Below, one piece after another: positions 1 to 11,994 of a stretch of 64,000 nucleotides of DNA. The notes under the pieces were generated by a model. It was given only the letters and a program-made list of their open reading frames with translations, was not told where the DNA came from and made no database searches. This DNA comes from Antedon mediterranea (lineage: Eukaryota > Animalia > Echinodermata), in the NCBI RefSeq assembly GCF_964355755.1, contig NC_092671.1:20026001-20090000 (forward strand). Direction: 5' to 3'. How positions within the stretch are numbered: the first letter of the stretch is position 1; each line of letters starts with the position of its first letter. A program made the translations under genes and the position numbers.

Positions 1-415
1 AGCGTACAGAACCACTTGCGCCAAAGAATATTGCGCGCGCGTACGCTAGTACATTATAACGTTCGATTTATTGATTTTGGAACAAAACATCCCATAACTA
101 CGTCCCATTAATAACAATTATGTAATATCAAAGAATATAAATAGGTAAAGAATCAACAGTACGCGCTGTTATACATAGAAGGATAGGAAACGCGGACGCT
201 TATTCATGGACGCGTAAGAATCCAGCAGCCGAACGACGGCGGGCTCTAGATATGGTTCCCGTCTAATCCCACGTTTGGATGGATCGTGATGATCTGATGT
301 TCTCGCGTCTGTGCTCAACTAATTTTGATATTATTAATATTTTAGATAATCATTTTGATAAATAATCATCGTTTGCATTTTTATAGATATTTACAATAAA
401 AGTTTTAACTTACCC

Positions 416-472
416 ACGCCTGAAGGTGGCGCACTTCTTCTAGCGAAAAAGAAGTGCGCCACCTTCAGGCGT
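416..472. repeat. Perfect 24-bp inverted repeat (hairpin) with 9-nt loop
   Basis: ACGCCTGAAGGTGGCGCACTTCTT (416-439) / AAGAAGTGCGCCACCTTCAGGCGT (449-472). Confidence 0.9.
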
Positions 473-1137
473 AGACAAATAGTAACCCGGATGTGGTTTA
501 CACCGCCAACGGAACTGTTGTATCTTCTCCTTTTATTATCTTTGGTAATATTTTCAATTCATAATGCATGCTTTGATGACTAAATAAAATAATAAAGTGT
601 CGTGGATATATTTGTTAATATATTGAATAGGTATGAACAATATTAAAATAATAAAGGCAAATTATTACAAATGAAATGATGAACGAGTCTCTGAAAGTTT
701 GTGTCAAAAACACACAGAGAACCATATACTGTATAAAAAGAGGGGTGAATTTGTGTGTTTTTTGTATTGGTTCATGCTTTGATGTATCCTGACTTGCATG
801 TAGGCCCTAGCATTTATTCTTTTGTTATTATAGACACAATATATATATGTTACCAAATTAATACCATTAATAACATTATTTACTAAAATAAAAACGGAAT
901 CTAAGCGTTATTTCATTGACAACAAAATCTAAAAATAATGCATGGAACTACAGGAAAACGCTATACAAAAGAGACACAAAAATGGCTTCTAATTTTCAAT
1001 GTCGTAACTCTTTATATATATGGCTCTGACACACGGCCAGTCAGTGGTTCTTCTTTTGGTCAGCCTGTGGTCCGAGGGCGCTAAACATATCGGCCAGCCC
1101 GTGGTCCCGAGGGCGCTAGAGATAACTTTTCCAAAGT

Positions 1138-1429
1138 GAAAGCTTACGTTAGAACATTATAATATGTTAATTCGACGTTTATTACAATTGTTTGCCTATA
1201 TTCTTAATAATTGATTGTTCATTCTTCTAGAGTAAAAGCTAACGTAGAACATTTTATGTCAATTCGACGTTTATTACAATGGTTTGCATATATTCTTATA
1301 ATTGATTATTCATTGTTCTAGTGTAAAAGCTAACTTTAGAGCATATGTCAATTCAACAATTATTACAATGATTTGCATATATTCTTAAGTAATTGATTGT
1401 TCATTCTTCTGGGGTAAATGCTAACTTAA
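1138..1429. repeat. ~90-bp tandem repeat (about 3 units), ending at the Kolobok insertion site
   Basis: Recurring AAAGCT(T/A)AC...AATTCGACGTTTATTACAAT...TATATTCTTA...TTGATTGTTCATTCTTCT units. Confidence 0.8.
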
Positions 1430-2662
1430 AGTTGTATTGTCCCTTTGAACACAAAAAATGAAGGTCAAAATATTCTAAATTTAAATTGGCCATATCAAAG
1501 TAATATTAAAGTTATTCACTTTAAGTTAAAAATTCGAGCCAAAAACAACAAGTTTACGTAATTAACAGGTAAATTAGTTTGATTAAATTTCGTCTGGAAA
1601 ATCATTCCGAGCGAAAGTAAACAAAGATTTCAAACCACGGGTATGAATTATGCATGATATGCTAATTAAGATTGTTTACAACTTGTCACGGTTGAGGAGA
1701 TGTTTTTACACATATCGCGCGAGAGAGGAAGTTTTATGATTATGCATATAATATAGCCAAACTGTACGTAACGCGCGCCGCCGGCGCGGCCGGCAGTGTA
1801 TGCCTAGGCCTAGTTGCGGAACGAATTTTGTTTTAATGTATTCAAGAAACCCATAGATTTGTCGGTAAATATATTACTCTTTTTTACTTAGTTTCTCTCA
1901 AATAAAATGTATACTTGTGGCCTAGTTCAGATTCTCTAGGCTACTACTACTACTAAGCCTAGCTCTAAGCTGTAACTTGCACAGTACCTACCTAGGATAG
2001 TAGGCCTAGCCTTCTACTCTAGCCTAGGCTACTCTAGGTAGGTAGGTAGGTCTACCTTTCAGGTTCACGTTGTCTTTTTATTAATATTAGGCCTATGCTT
2101 TAAACTCATTTTTAAGTATTCGTTGGCTACCCGTATTAATTTTTGCCAGGTCCGATCGGTTCATCATTACTAATTATCGAGTATAGGCTAGTAAAATGTG
2201 CCCAAGTTAGCCCACTGTACTGGCAACTGATTCGTGATTTTGACGAGAGATGCCAGTTCTATTTTTAAAGACTAGCCTATTACTAGTAGTAGTAGCCTAA
2301 CTATTGAATTGTACTGTATATAAAAAGAAATACACTAATCATATCCTTGGGATTTTTTAATTAGAAATATGTTACTAATAATTAATACTATAATTTCCAT
2401 ATACAATATATATAAAAATCTATAGGATCTGTGGTTATTTACTATTTTTGTGACAATACTTTTAGAAATATTCGCAACTAATTAGCTTCACTGTTAATGT
2501 TACTTGTCAATGGACCAGTAATACATAAAGGTAAAAAGATATTGTGAAACCTGGTTCAACATTTGAAATTCTGGTGGCAAATGGCAAAGATTCCTCACGA
2601 TAAATATTTCATATTTCCATATTTAGCAGTAAACAATTTATAACAATTTTATTTTACTTTAG

Positions 2663-3393
2663 GTTAAAATTAATGCATTGACAGAGGTAGAGGCTAAAGA
2701 CCTACTAACTAAAGGAAGCAGCAGAGAAAAAGTACCAGAGGGAGGTCATCATCCTGTACCACCAGCAACTACACCAAGTTGGTGTGTTTGCAACAACTGC
2801 TGGCAAATTCAAACTGAAAATGAAAGAGTGGGCTGTGGCTATACACACGAAAACACAACAAATTTCAGGTAATTGCACGTGTGAAACATTACAGTATATT
2901 AATTTAACATACTTATTGATAAAATGCATTACAATGATAAAGTGTCGATATAGTGTATCTAAAAAAACACAAAAAGAATTGTCTTTTTGTCAAACTAATT
3001 TTAAAAGTTCTGCTTTATTTTTAATAAGTACTGTTGTTAAAATACAGACCTGTTACCAGCTTATATTATTTTGAAAAATAGTGCATAACATAAACTAAAC
3101 AAAAAATACTAAATAAACATTTTTTTTTCATTTTAGGACTTTTAGTTGCTCATTCTAAATGAAGCAATGTTGCAATTGGCACGAGCCTATCATCAAGATA
3201 TATTAGCAGCGCCTATGGACAACAAATGGAATAGGGGTCATAAACATACAGCCTACCGGCAGTATGTTTTGTGACCACATGGTCGTCTCGGTATTGGCAT
3301 CAGAATATAATACCCAGTTGTGTATGGGCAGTACGGGACAAATACCCCGATGCATTTGGCCAGTATGTTGGTTTTCAACCAGGACGAATTTAA
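2663..3393 (+). pseudogene. KolX-like Cys-rich protein (P2X7 C-terminal ballast / nanor-like domain), disrupted
   Basis: Exons ~2663-2868 (WCVCNNC...ENERVGC) and ~3137-3393 (HTAYRQYVL*PHGRLGIGIR/IIPSCVWAVRDKYPD...QYVGF) resemble P2X7 tail motifs WCxCGxC, AYRxY, LPSCxxWxIRxxFP, QYxGF; in-frame stops and a frameshift; first exon not located. Confidence 0.8.
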
Positions 3394-3500
3394 AGATGTA
3401 TTGTCCCTTTGTACAATTCCCACAAATAGATTTCCAAATTTAATTGCTCATTTTAGTACCATAACAGAAAAAAATAAATCATTTTTAACTGAATACATTA
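3394..3500 (+). mobile_element. Internal Kolobok terminus (copy of the right end, inverted) at the KolX stop codon
   Basis: TTAA (3390-3393) + AGATGTATTGTCCCTTTG; the next ~100 bp loosely resemble the reverse complement of 11170-11314. Confidence 0.8.
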
Positions 3501-6500
3501 AAAACTTAACAGGAATTGCCCAGTACTGTTTGCACGAATAGAAAGGTAACTGATACATCATAGTTTTGTTTAAAATCTTGACAATTTCTCTTCAACTAGT
3601 TGATGAGTTGGTGGTGCTGGTACTGAAGCAATGTTTCTGCTGAGCCTTCTTGGGTCATCTTCTCCTAAGCCTGTTACTGTTTACATGCTAGTTTCATCAA
3701 GTAGTCTTCTGTATACAACCATTTCCACCAATTTCTGGATGTAGCTGTAATCCTTTTCTTCTTTAACAGGCACCACTGTCCACCTCTTACTTTTTTTTGT
3801 TAAATAAGCGTTGATATCTACACAACAGAAAATAATTGTTTATAATTTTTGACAGCAATTTGGAATATTTTGCTTAGATTGCAATTCGGGAAAACCGATT
3901 TTAAAATTAATTGTCAAATTTCTTTTGCCCATATACCTGTAGCTAGTTCCGTTGTACATGGCATAAAGATACAATTGATTTAAGAATAGACTTGTCGGTT
4001 TCATATGTAGTACGGTATTTAGTAATTAATATAGCCAATTAATATTCAACTGTAAAAAACTATGGAATGTACCTTGTGGTCCCATCTTTATTTTTCTTGA
4101 TCTCTCGTTGATGGTTTGCTGTGTAATCCAATGCTGCCAGAAGATTCCTTACTTTGTACATTGGTGGACTGTAATGGAATCTTTTGGCCGCATACATCAA
4201 AATACATTGGTGGAAATTTTCCAGTTCAGCAGTTCCACTAAAAATACACAATATGTATATATAAATAGCTAAGTCAATACTGTTGTCAAATGCAATAAAA
4301 TATGCAAGTTTTAAAGTAATACTAATAAATGTGTTTATTATGTGTATATTGTTCTGTTGAAATGTATATTTATTGTTTAGAGCACCTGTTTTTTTTTTTT
4401 TTAGCTTTAATCAATACTACAGAATATGCACAGAAATGCTTGTACAGTCTAAACCATTCCTCTATTTTTAATCAATTTGCTCACCGAAAATTAAGCCAAT
4501 ATGGGATTTTCTTTAGGAATCTGTTGTTTAGGACGATCTTTCGTAGTGCATCGTGCGCTGGATGACCCTTTGTCATCCATCCCTTTTGTCTCTCGCTCTC
4601 AAGAGGTCCATGACTACAGGAGGCTGTACCAACATCACTATATGATAAAGCCCACTGGTGTTCATCCACCACATGGTGAAGAATTCCACACCATATTCCC
4701 TATCATTGAACAAGAAAATCAGTAAAATACATATCTCAAATACAGATTTCTTTTTTTAAATATGGAAAAAATGGATACAATATCAGATACACACAGAGAT
4801 AATATGACAATGTCAGTATCTGAAGATAGCTGTGAGCCTTTAAAATTGATGAACATAGTAGAACCAGAATAAAGAAATTAATTCCACAATTAAGAAGATC
4901 TTGTGCTAAAGTTTATGTTCAAGAACAATATAACTTGTCTTTGAGAGTGTATATACAGTATGTGCACCATTAAATTAAAACATGTACATACAAGAAATTC
5001 ATCATATGTCTTTGAAGTCTCGCAGGTATGCCAGAAATGGTTTACAATATCTTTGCTCCAACTTAATAAGACTTTGCAGTCTTTCTTCTGACCAGCCTGT
5101 TAAATTGTATAAAAAATACCAATGAAACAAAAGATTAGTATTAATTTGTATAATAAATATCCTATTTTACATATTATGAAATTAGGGTATAACTATAATA
5201 AAATAATTTACATTGTCTGCAAATTACCAAAAAACTTACTGCAACCAATGCTTTTGCTAGATTCTTGGCAGCATGCCAAATATCGTGTGAGTGTTTGATG
5301 TCTGGATATTCGTTTTCTAGAGTGATGAAGAAAAACAAATATAAAAATAAACCATATTTTACAGAATAAAAACATGTTAATCAAAAATTTATTTTAGATT
5401 TTGGTGATCATCTAGAATTACGATGTAAAAATAAAACATACTCATCAATGCGCCAATCTGTAAGTGTGCATCGGTTACACATTCAACGACATTCACATTT
5501 TGTTGTTTGAGAAATGAAACACTCTTCTGAAATCCTACTTTTGCCCTCTGTCTCCCGCTTATCAATTGTCATAATTGACAAAATACTTTTGTCAGCATTG
5601 TCCATCATAGTATATGTGCAAAATTGGGCAGAGTGTCCTGGACTGTCCATCCTTCCATCTCCTATGAAAAAAAAATATTTACAGTAATAACGTTCTTGTA
5701 TTGTATATAAGTAGATTTGTACCTGACTACCACTAACAACAGTTTTTAATAGAATTTCTCTTCACTATAACTCGTCAAAAACAATATTAGCGTTTTTCAG
5801 TAATTTAGTTCCATCCTGCATTTTCATTTGCACAATGAAGCCTTGACCTATGAACTTTAGTTTAGTCACATTTATTTTTTTTCCATACACCTCCATTTTA
5901 TATTATAATACCTACCAAGCAGTACAACATCTTTTCCTTCATGTGCTGTCAAGATTTCTTTCTGGGTATCTTCCCATAATTCAGTAACTGCAGGCACAAG
6001 ATATTTTCTCTGAATTCTATAGTAGGTGTTGACATTCAGAATATGAAGTTTTAAAAACTTGGCCAGAAGAGCAATCTTTGCATAGTTGTTTCCAGAAGCT
6101 AAAAGTGCCGTAGACATTAACAAATCCCCTCCATGCAATTTGTTCTTTAGAATTGGTTGAGAACACCATTTGTTGTTCAGGTGGCCATTTGTACAAATCT
6201 AAGTAGATCACAATAATATATTTATTAAATAAACCATTAAACCAATTTCATAAAATAAGTCATTTGACAAGCTGAAACACATTACATAGCAACCATCATT
6301 GTTTGATGGTACCATAGACTTGTTCATAAATTGGTTTCAGGAATTAATTAGAATTATGAATTATTAAATTAAGATAAAATGTTTACAAAAATTGAAAGTA
6401 AGACTTTTTACCCATTTGAAATACACAGCAGAACCAACAAACTTTGAATGCAGATCAACAGGACTACTACAGGATTTTCTAGTACAAGATTTGTTGATTT

Positions 6501-8341
6501 TGATTTCTGCCAAGGTTTTCAAACAGTTTAAGTACACTATGCAGGTTTCATCTTTTATAAGAAAGTCAGACTCTTCCATAATATCAATGTGTTTAACATA
6601 AGGGCTTTCAACTTCCACCCCTTCAATGTCCTCCTCAATCTGACTGGATGGATCATCATTTTCTGCCTCAATTTCAAATTCCTCTTCAACGAATGAGGTT
6701 TCTCTGAGGTTAAGTGCATTGTTGGGACTGAAAAATGTATGTATGACTTAATTTCAAACATTAATTTTTTTTTAAATGATGCTTTACTGCATCACAATGA
6801 AGTTTAGGTTAAAGGAATAGATGATGACTTACCAAAGGCTTATGTCAAATGATGGTTCATATAAATCATAATCTTCATCTTCATCACAAGTGCTCTCTGA
6901 CTCAGATTCACTTGACAAGTTAATGTCAATGGTCATACTGAAAGAATAATAGTAATACTTGTGCAATGATGTCAACCTCTTAATTGTGTGATTAGAAACA
7001 CTAGCAATCGAGGGGGAAAGGATTTTAAACTATGTAATTAAAATTAATACATTGTAACATATAAAATGAAAAGTATACAGAATTCATTTACTTTAATATT
7101 TCAGCAGAGCATCTGGGTCTGTCCTCTTCTTTAATGTTGCTTATACTAAAAAAATAACAGTTTTAATGCCATTTTATTTCTCAATAACAGTAATCAGATT
7201 GGCATAGTGTATAAAGAGTGCAGGGTATTATCAAGCCACAGACAAGGATTTTGCTGTGTTCATTCCATTGGAATTAAGTGAAACAGAAAAGTTAAAGCGC
7301 TGCAATTTTAGTTTAAACTTACCTTCCATCTTCAGAAGCACTTGGAAAAGCGGTTACAGTACTTGAGTTACTGCTAAATCTATCAATTCCAGATATTGAA
7401 GAAATTCTAAAGAACAATTTATGATCAATGACAATTTCTATATTTTATAGTTATATTTGTAGAGTTCCTATTGAGAAGTCAGTTAGTAGTGAGTGTTGAA
7501 GCCATGTAATCGTGAGTGTAGAAAGCAACCGTTCACTATGTGAATCCCATGTGATCTAATTTAAGTACGGTATTAATATTATTAGTAATATATTTCATAA
7601 CAAAATTTGTATTATATCTAAATTTTCATACCTTGTATCTGAACCACCAGATAGTGTAGTTCTTAAATAAGCACCTTCTATAGGCGTCGATGTTGTAGGA
7701 AGGTGAGTAGAAACTGTTGTCCTGGTCGGCCCAGAAGCTGTGCTATGTCTTTCTGCATGACTAAACGTAAAACAATAAAGCACAGTGTGAAGAGGTATAG
7801 AATAAGGGAAAACAATTTTACAATTTAAATTTAAAAAAAAATTAATATACCAAATCATCAAATTAATACTGTACTAAAATTGACACTGGCTAGCCCTAGT
7901 AATGTAACAACAGAGGAGGTACCAAAGTTAATTCCCACTCTAGCTAGGAAAATAATTATTTTACCAGCCCTGTTTGTGAAGGCCCTCACTACCAAACAGA
8001 TGGTATTGTAATCAATTATCTACTTAAAATTCCAAGTCAAATGGTTAGGAGGTAAACCTTTTCGTCATGGGTGGCCAATTTTTTTATTAAAAAAAATGGT
8101 AGGACCTGTGCTGTGTGTATGTTCAGCTAGGTAACCGGATCTATGATTTTAATTAGGCATAGGCCTAGCGGCTAGCTATTCTATGCTAGATTATATATAA
8201 CACTAACACTAAATAAAAGTATACTTTCTGTCTCAAAATACCTGCTGTACTACGAAAGGTGTGTTGTATTACTCTATCTAGCTAGGCCTATCAATCCGCC
8301 TGTTTTCGAACGATTCATCTAATTGCAAAGGTAGGCAGGCC

Positions 8342-8375
<34 letters not shown>
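8342..8375. repeat. (TAG)n microsatellite
   Basis: ~11 TAG units abutting the foldback element. Confidence 0.9.
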
Positions 8376-8376
<1 letters not shown>

Positions 8377-8377
<1 letters not shown>

Positions 8378-10536
8378 GATCCAGTCAAGTCGCCCCATCG
8401 CAAAGTCGCCCCATACAAAGTCGCCCAATACAAAGTCGCCCCATCGCAAAGTCGCCCCAAAACAAAGTCGCCCCGGCACAGTCGCCCCATTACAAAGTCG
8501 CCCCATCGCAAAGTCGCCCCAACGCAAAGTCGCCCCAACGCAAAGTCGCCCCAACGCAAAGTCGCCCCAACGCAAAGTCGCCCCATCACAAAGTCGCCCA
8601 CGGTTTTATTTCGGAAGTGCCGCCGCTAGTAGTACGCTGTTTTAATCATATAGCGGTTGCGTTTGATATCGATTGCGTTGTTACTTTGGTCGCGCTAAAT
8701 GTCGTATACATTATAATGTTTATCCTATTATAGGCCTATACATAATTTGTGTTTTAATTTTTATTTTACAGGTTTTAATGGAGTGATGTGCTTTTTAAAA
8801 ATCATTAAAAAATAGTCCCTTGTTTGAAAGTTCTAAAAAGATTTCGAAAAGATTATCCCTGATTTATAGTTTCGAAAATGTTAATTTAATATGATTTTAA
8901 AATTACCAGAGCCACAATTACGAATCTTTCTTCAACCTACGCGTGGATACCAGCTCATTTTTTAGGATAATATAATAAGTGTATAAATAGTAGGCCTTCG
9001 TATATTTACAGTAGTTAAAACAATAACAGCGTTGTAAGACAATAAATGTTTTATAGGCTACTTATTGATCATTTTGCATTTATTGACAAGTTATGTGCCT
9101 ATAGTTATTTAATTTTAATTATGACTTTTCAAAATAAAGAAATAAAAAAAAGGGGATTTCTTCGCCGATATGATCGTTTTACACATGCAGGTATATTAGT
9201 AAAATTAAAACGCTACATTTTGACCATGGAAAAACCATCGTACAGTATGATTATCGTGTGCGTGTTTTTTAAAAAGGGGAATCCCCGACGGGCAGCAGAA
9301 AGACGTAGCAGCTGTGAGAAGGAAACAGATACCAGAAGGAGCAGCTCCGATTGGTTTCAGAGAATGTTTCAGATTGCGAGTCGCTTTTTATTCAACAGCA
9401 GAATGATCATTTTACTGAAGAAATTCTTTTCAACCCTTTTGGTTATAGAACATTCTAATTATCATGCCTAATAAATATCCTCATATCGGGTGTTTATTTA
9501 ATTTTAATAAACAAGACAGTGAAGAGGCACGGAATAATACGTACACGGACGTACGACGAATACACATGCACGTCATCATTTACGACATATAGTGGCGATA
9601 TGATGCAATTTTATAATGGATATAATGATGGGATTGCATTTCCATGCTTATAATCAATGTTCATTATTGTAATACTATGTATATAATAGTAAACTGAATG
9701 TTTATAAATAAATTGTTTTACCTAATTTGTTGCATATAAAAAATAAAAGACACAGACGTAGCCTACGTTTCCTATAAAATATTTCACATTTAAATATATG
9801 TACTGTTAAATGACATTATGCTGAATAATAGGCTTACTATAATCTTAAACTATGTTTACAAATTGTCATTTTTAAGGCACACATCTTTCTCTCATCATAG
9901 ACCTCAGTGTAAAATAAAAACAAAAATCAATTATTAATATAGGTCTAATAATAATAAATATTCATCGACCAAAGTAAAAATAATCTAGATCGTATAACAT
10001 CATTTTATCGCGACCAAAATTAAACGCCACCGATTTCGAACGCGACTGATATCATCGTAAAACTCCGACGGGGTTTCCCCATCTTCAGATGGTGCGTTGT
10101 AGTGCGACAACGGCGGAGTAATTACGGGGTTTCCCTCTGGTGAGAGCTAGCACGTTAGTGCGACCGCGGAGTGATTAGTTGGGGGCTTCCTCTCTGATGA
10201 TTGGGGAGCGTGCCGATCGTGTGACCTGAGACTACATGGTGGGGCTTCCCCTTTGCCTACACGTTCCGTGTTATTTTGTGTATCATTGCGACATTTTACG
10301 CACTTTTAAACCATTTTTTAACGTTTTGGGGCGACTTTGCGATGGGGCGACTTTGTGTTGGGGCGACTTTGCGATGGGGCGACTTTGCGTTGGGGCGACT
10401 TTGCGATGGGGCGACTTTGCAATGGGGCGACTGTGTCAGGGCGACTTTGTTTTGGGGCGACTTTGCGATGGGGCGACTGTGTATGGGGCGACTTTGTATG
10501 GGGCGACTTTGCGATGGGGCGACTTGACTAGCATCC
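8377..10536. mobile_element. Non-autonomous foldback-type DNA transposon (TIRs built of 16-bp repeats; Mutator/Rehavkus-like) in transposase intron 1
   Basis: GGATCCAGTCAAGTCGCCCC... vs ...GGGGCGACTTGACTAGCATCC; ~13 AAGTCGCCCC(N)6 units at 8388-8599 mirrored at ~10327-10525; diverged inverted similarity continues inward; no clear TSD. Confidence 0.8.
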
Positions 10537-11994
10537 GAATTAGTATAGGCTATATAGTAGTTAGTATAGATAGGCTAGGCCTAGCCTGGAGGTCTAACCT
10601 AACCTATTTATTATTATTAGTATTATACTAAATTCAAAATAATTAGGCTATCTATAACTCTGTGGAACTATAGTACCAATAATAATAATTATCATTACTT
10701 ACTAGTATTGCCTATTTTACTAAATAAAAGGCCCTAACTAATCCCTAGAGCCGATGGACACTGTACTAAAGAGAGAAGTTACCTGTCAAGCAAAAAATTT
10801 GCAACATCAGAATTACTTGCTAAATTATTTGCTTCTTTTACTACGGACCATCTCTGAAATGTATCGAAGTTTAGCAAAATTCTGCGAGCATTTGACGCTA
10901 CATTACGTGTAAGTTTGCGCCTTTTCTTTTCCGATGATCTCAATCCAGAATAAGGGCCTCGTTTACCCATCCTTTACCACGGGTTCGTCTCTCTCGCGAT
11001 GAACGATGATAATCAACTCACACGTGTGTTCTCTTGCGGTACGTACAGAAATAAACAAGCCAAAAAAGGAGTCGTATGCATAATTCATTAGCAAGCGCGT
11101 TGCATTATGGGATATGTTTTGATCGAAAACTTTGACTGGAAGTCACAGTTATTTTTTTAACAAAAAACCGTTTGTAATTCAGTTGAATGATTTTTTTTTC
11201 GACTAATTTTTATTGAAAGTTAAATTACTATTATGATACTTCAAATTGACCCATTTTTTTCGAAATCTGTTATTTTTTATTTTTTTTGGAATTAGTCAAA
11301 GGGACAATACATCTTTAAACTACAAAGAAGGAAAATAAAGTTTAAAATGAAGTAATAAATTGTGTTTGACACAAATGTTTCTTCCTTGGTACGTATACTG
11401 TCGACTCGGAAGAATTTATTTTGTGTCAAATAGCTCTCACAAAAACACAGAAATGAATATAGTGTAAAATGTCATTTTATTCAATAATGACGCAAAATAG
11501 GGAAGCGCCCAATTCTAAATTACAGCTAAACATGAGAGTATTGTGCTTCCCTACAAAATGCGAATCACTCTCTACCTTAACATAATAGTACAATATAATA
11601 GTAATAATAATGTTAATATAAATTAGTAAATTAATTGATCACATAGATAGATATAACTTAACGGGAAACTAAAATTAGTTAATTAGTTAACATCCATCAT
11701 ATAAAGTTAGATAGAATGATATAATGATAAAATGCTTGATAGTGGTTGCCAAAAAAGGCCAGAACCCATTGTAAATGGGAGCACCCAAACACAAGCCAAG
11801 GAGCAGAGGAAAGAAAACGTCTACTTAAATATGGAATGCAATCCATAGCATACCATAGTCAATCTAAACAAAATTAATATATAGGCCTACCTATAATGTA
11901 ACCTGAGCCACCCGCTCAATGGTTTATTATCTTTTGAGTCAAACGCCCTGTATTACGGCCAAACGCCATAATATATTTTGTACTTTTTAAATAT

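Larger units (their letters stand above)
3570..10970 (-). pseudogene. Kolobok DDE transposase, multi-exon (~13 exons), frameshifted
   Basis: Spliced motifs GDGRMDSPGHSAQFCTY (~5610-5660), VTDAHLQIGALM (~5445-5480), HSHDIWHAAKNL (~5260-5295), WSKDIVNHFWH (~5030-5060), TAELENFH...MYAAKRFHY (~4170-4235), C-terminal PAPPTHQLVEEKLSRF*; GT-AG boundaries; frameshift near 5540 and stop near 3683. Confidence 0.85.
1430..11314 (-). mobile_element. Kolobok DNA transposon (autonomous-type layout, decayed)
   Basis: TTAA on both flanks (1426-1429, 11315-11318); 19-bp TIRs AGTTGTATTGTCCCTTTGA / TCAAAGGGACAATACATCT (1 mismatch); convergent transposase and KolX-like genes inside. Confidence 0.9.

Noticed and set aside
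8388-8599. CRISPR-like appearance of regular short repeats (also 14278-14465, 43140-43366)
   Set aside because: There are no unique spacers and no cas genes, the context is eukaryotic, and the arrays at 8388 and 14278 are mirrored as transposon TIRs.
8315-8733. ORFs with WGDF/GATL/QSRP repeats (also 10236-10631)
   Set aside because: They are translations of the 16-bp TIR repeat arrays, open in several frames, and not real proteins.
11360-11410. Possible inverted terminal repeat of the DIRS element pairing with ~18520-18570
   Set aside because: Similarity too weak to support by eye.
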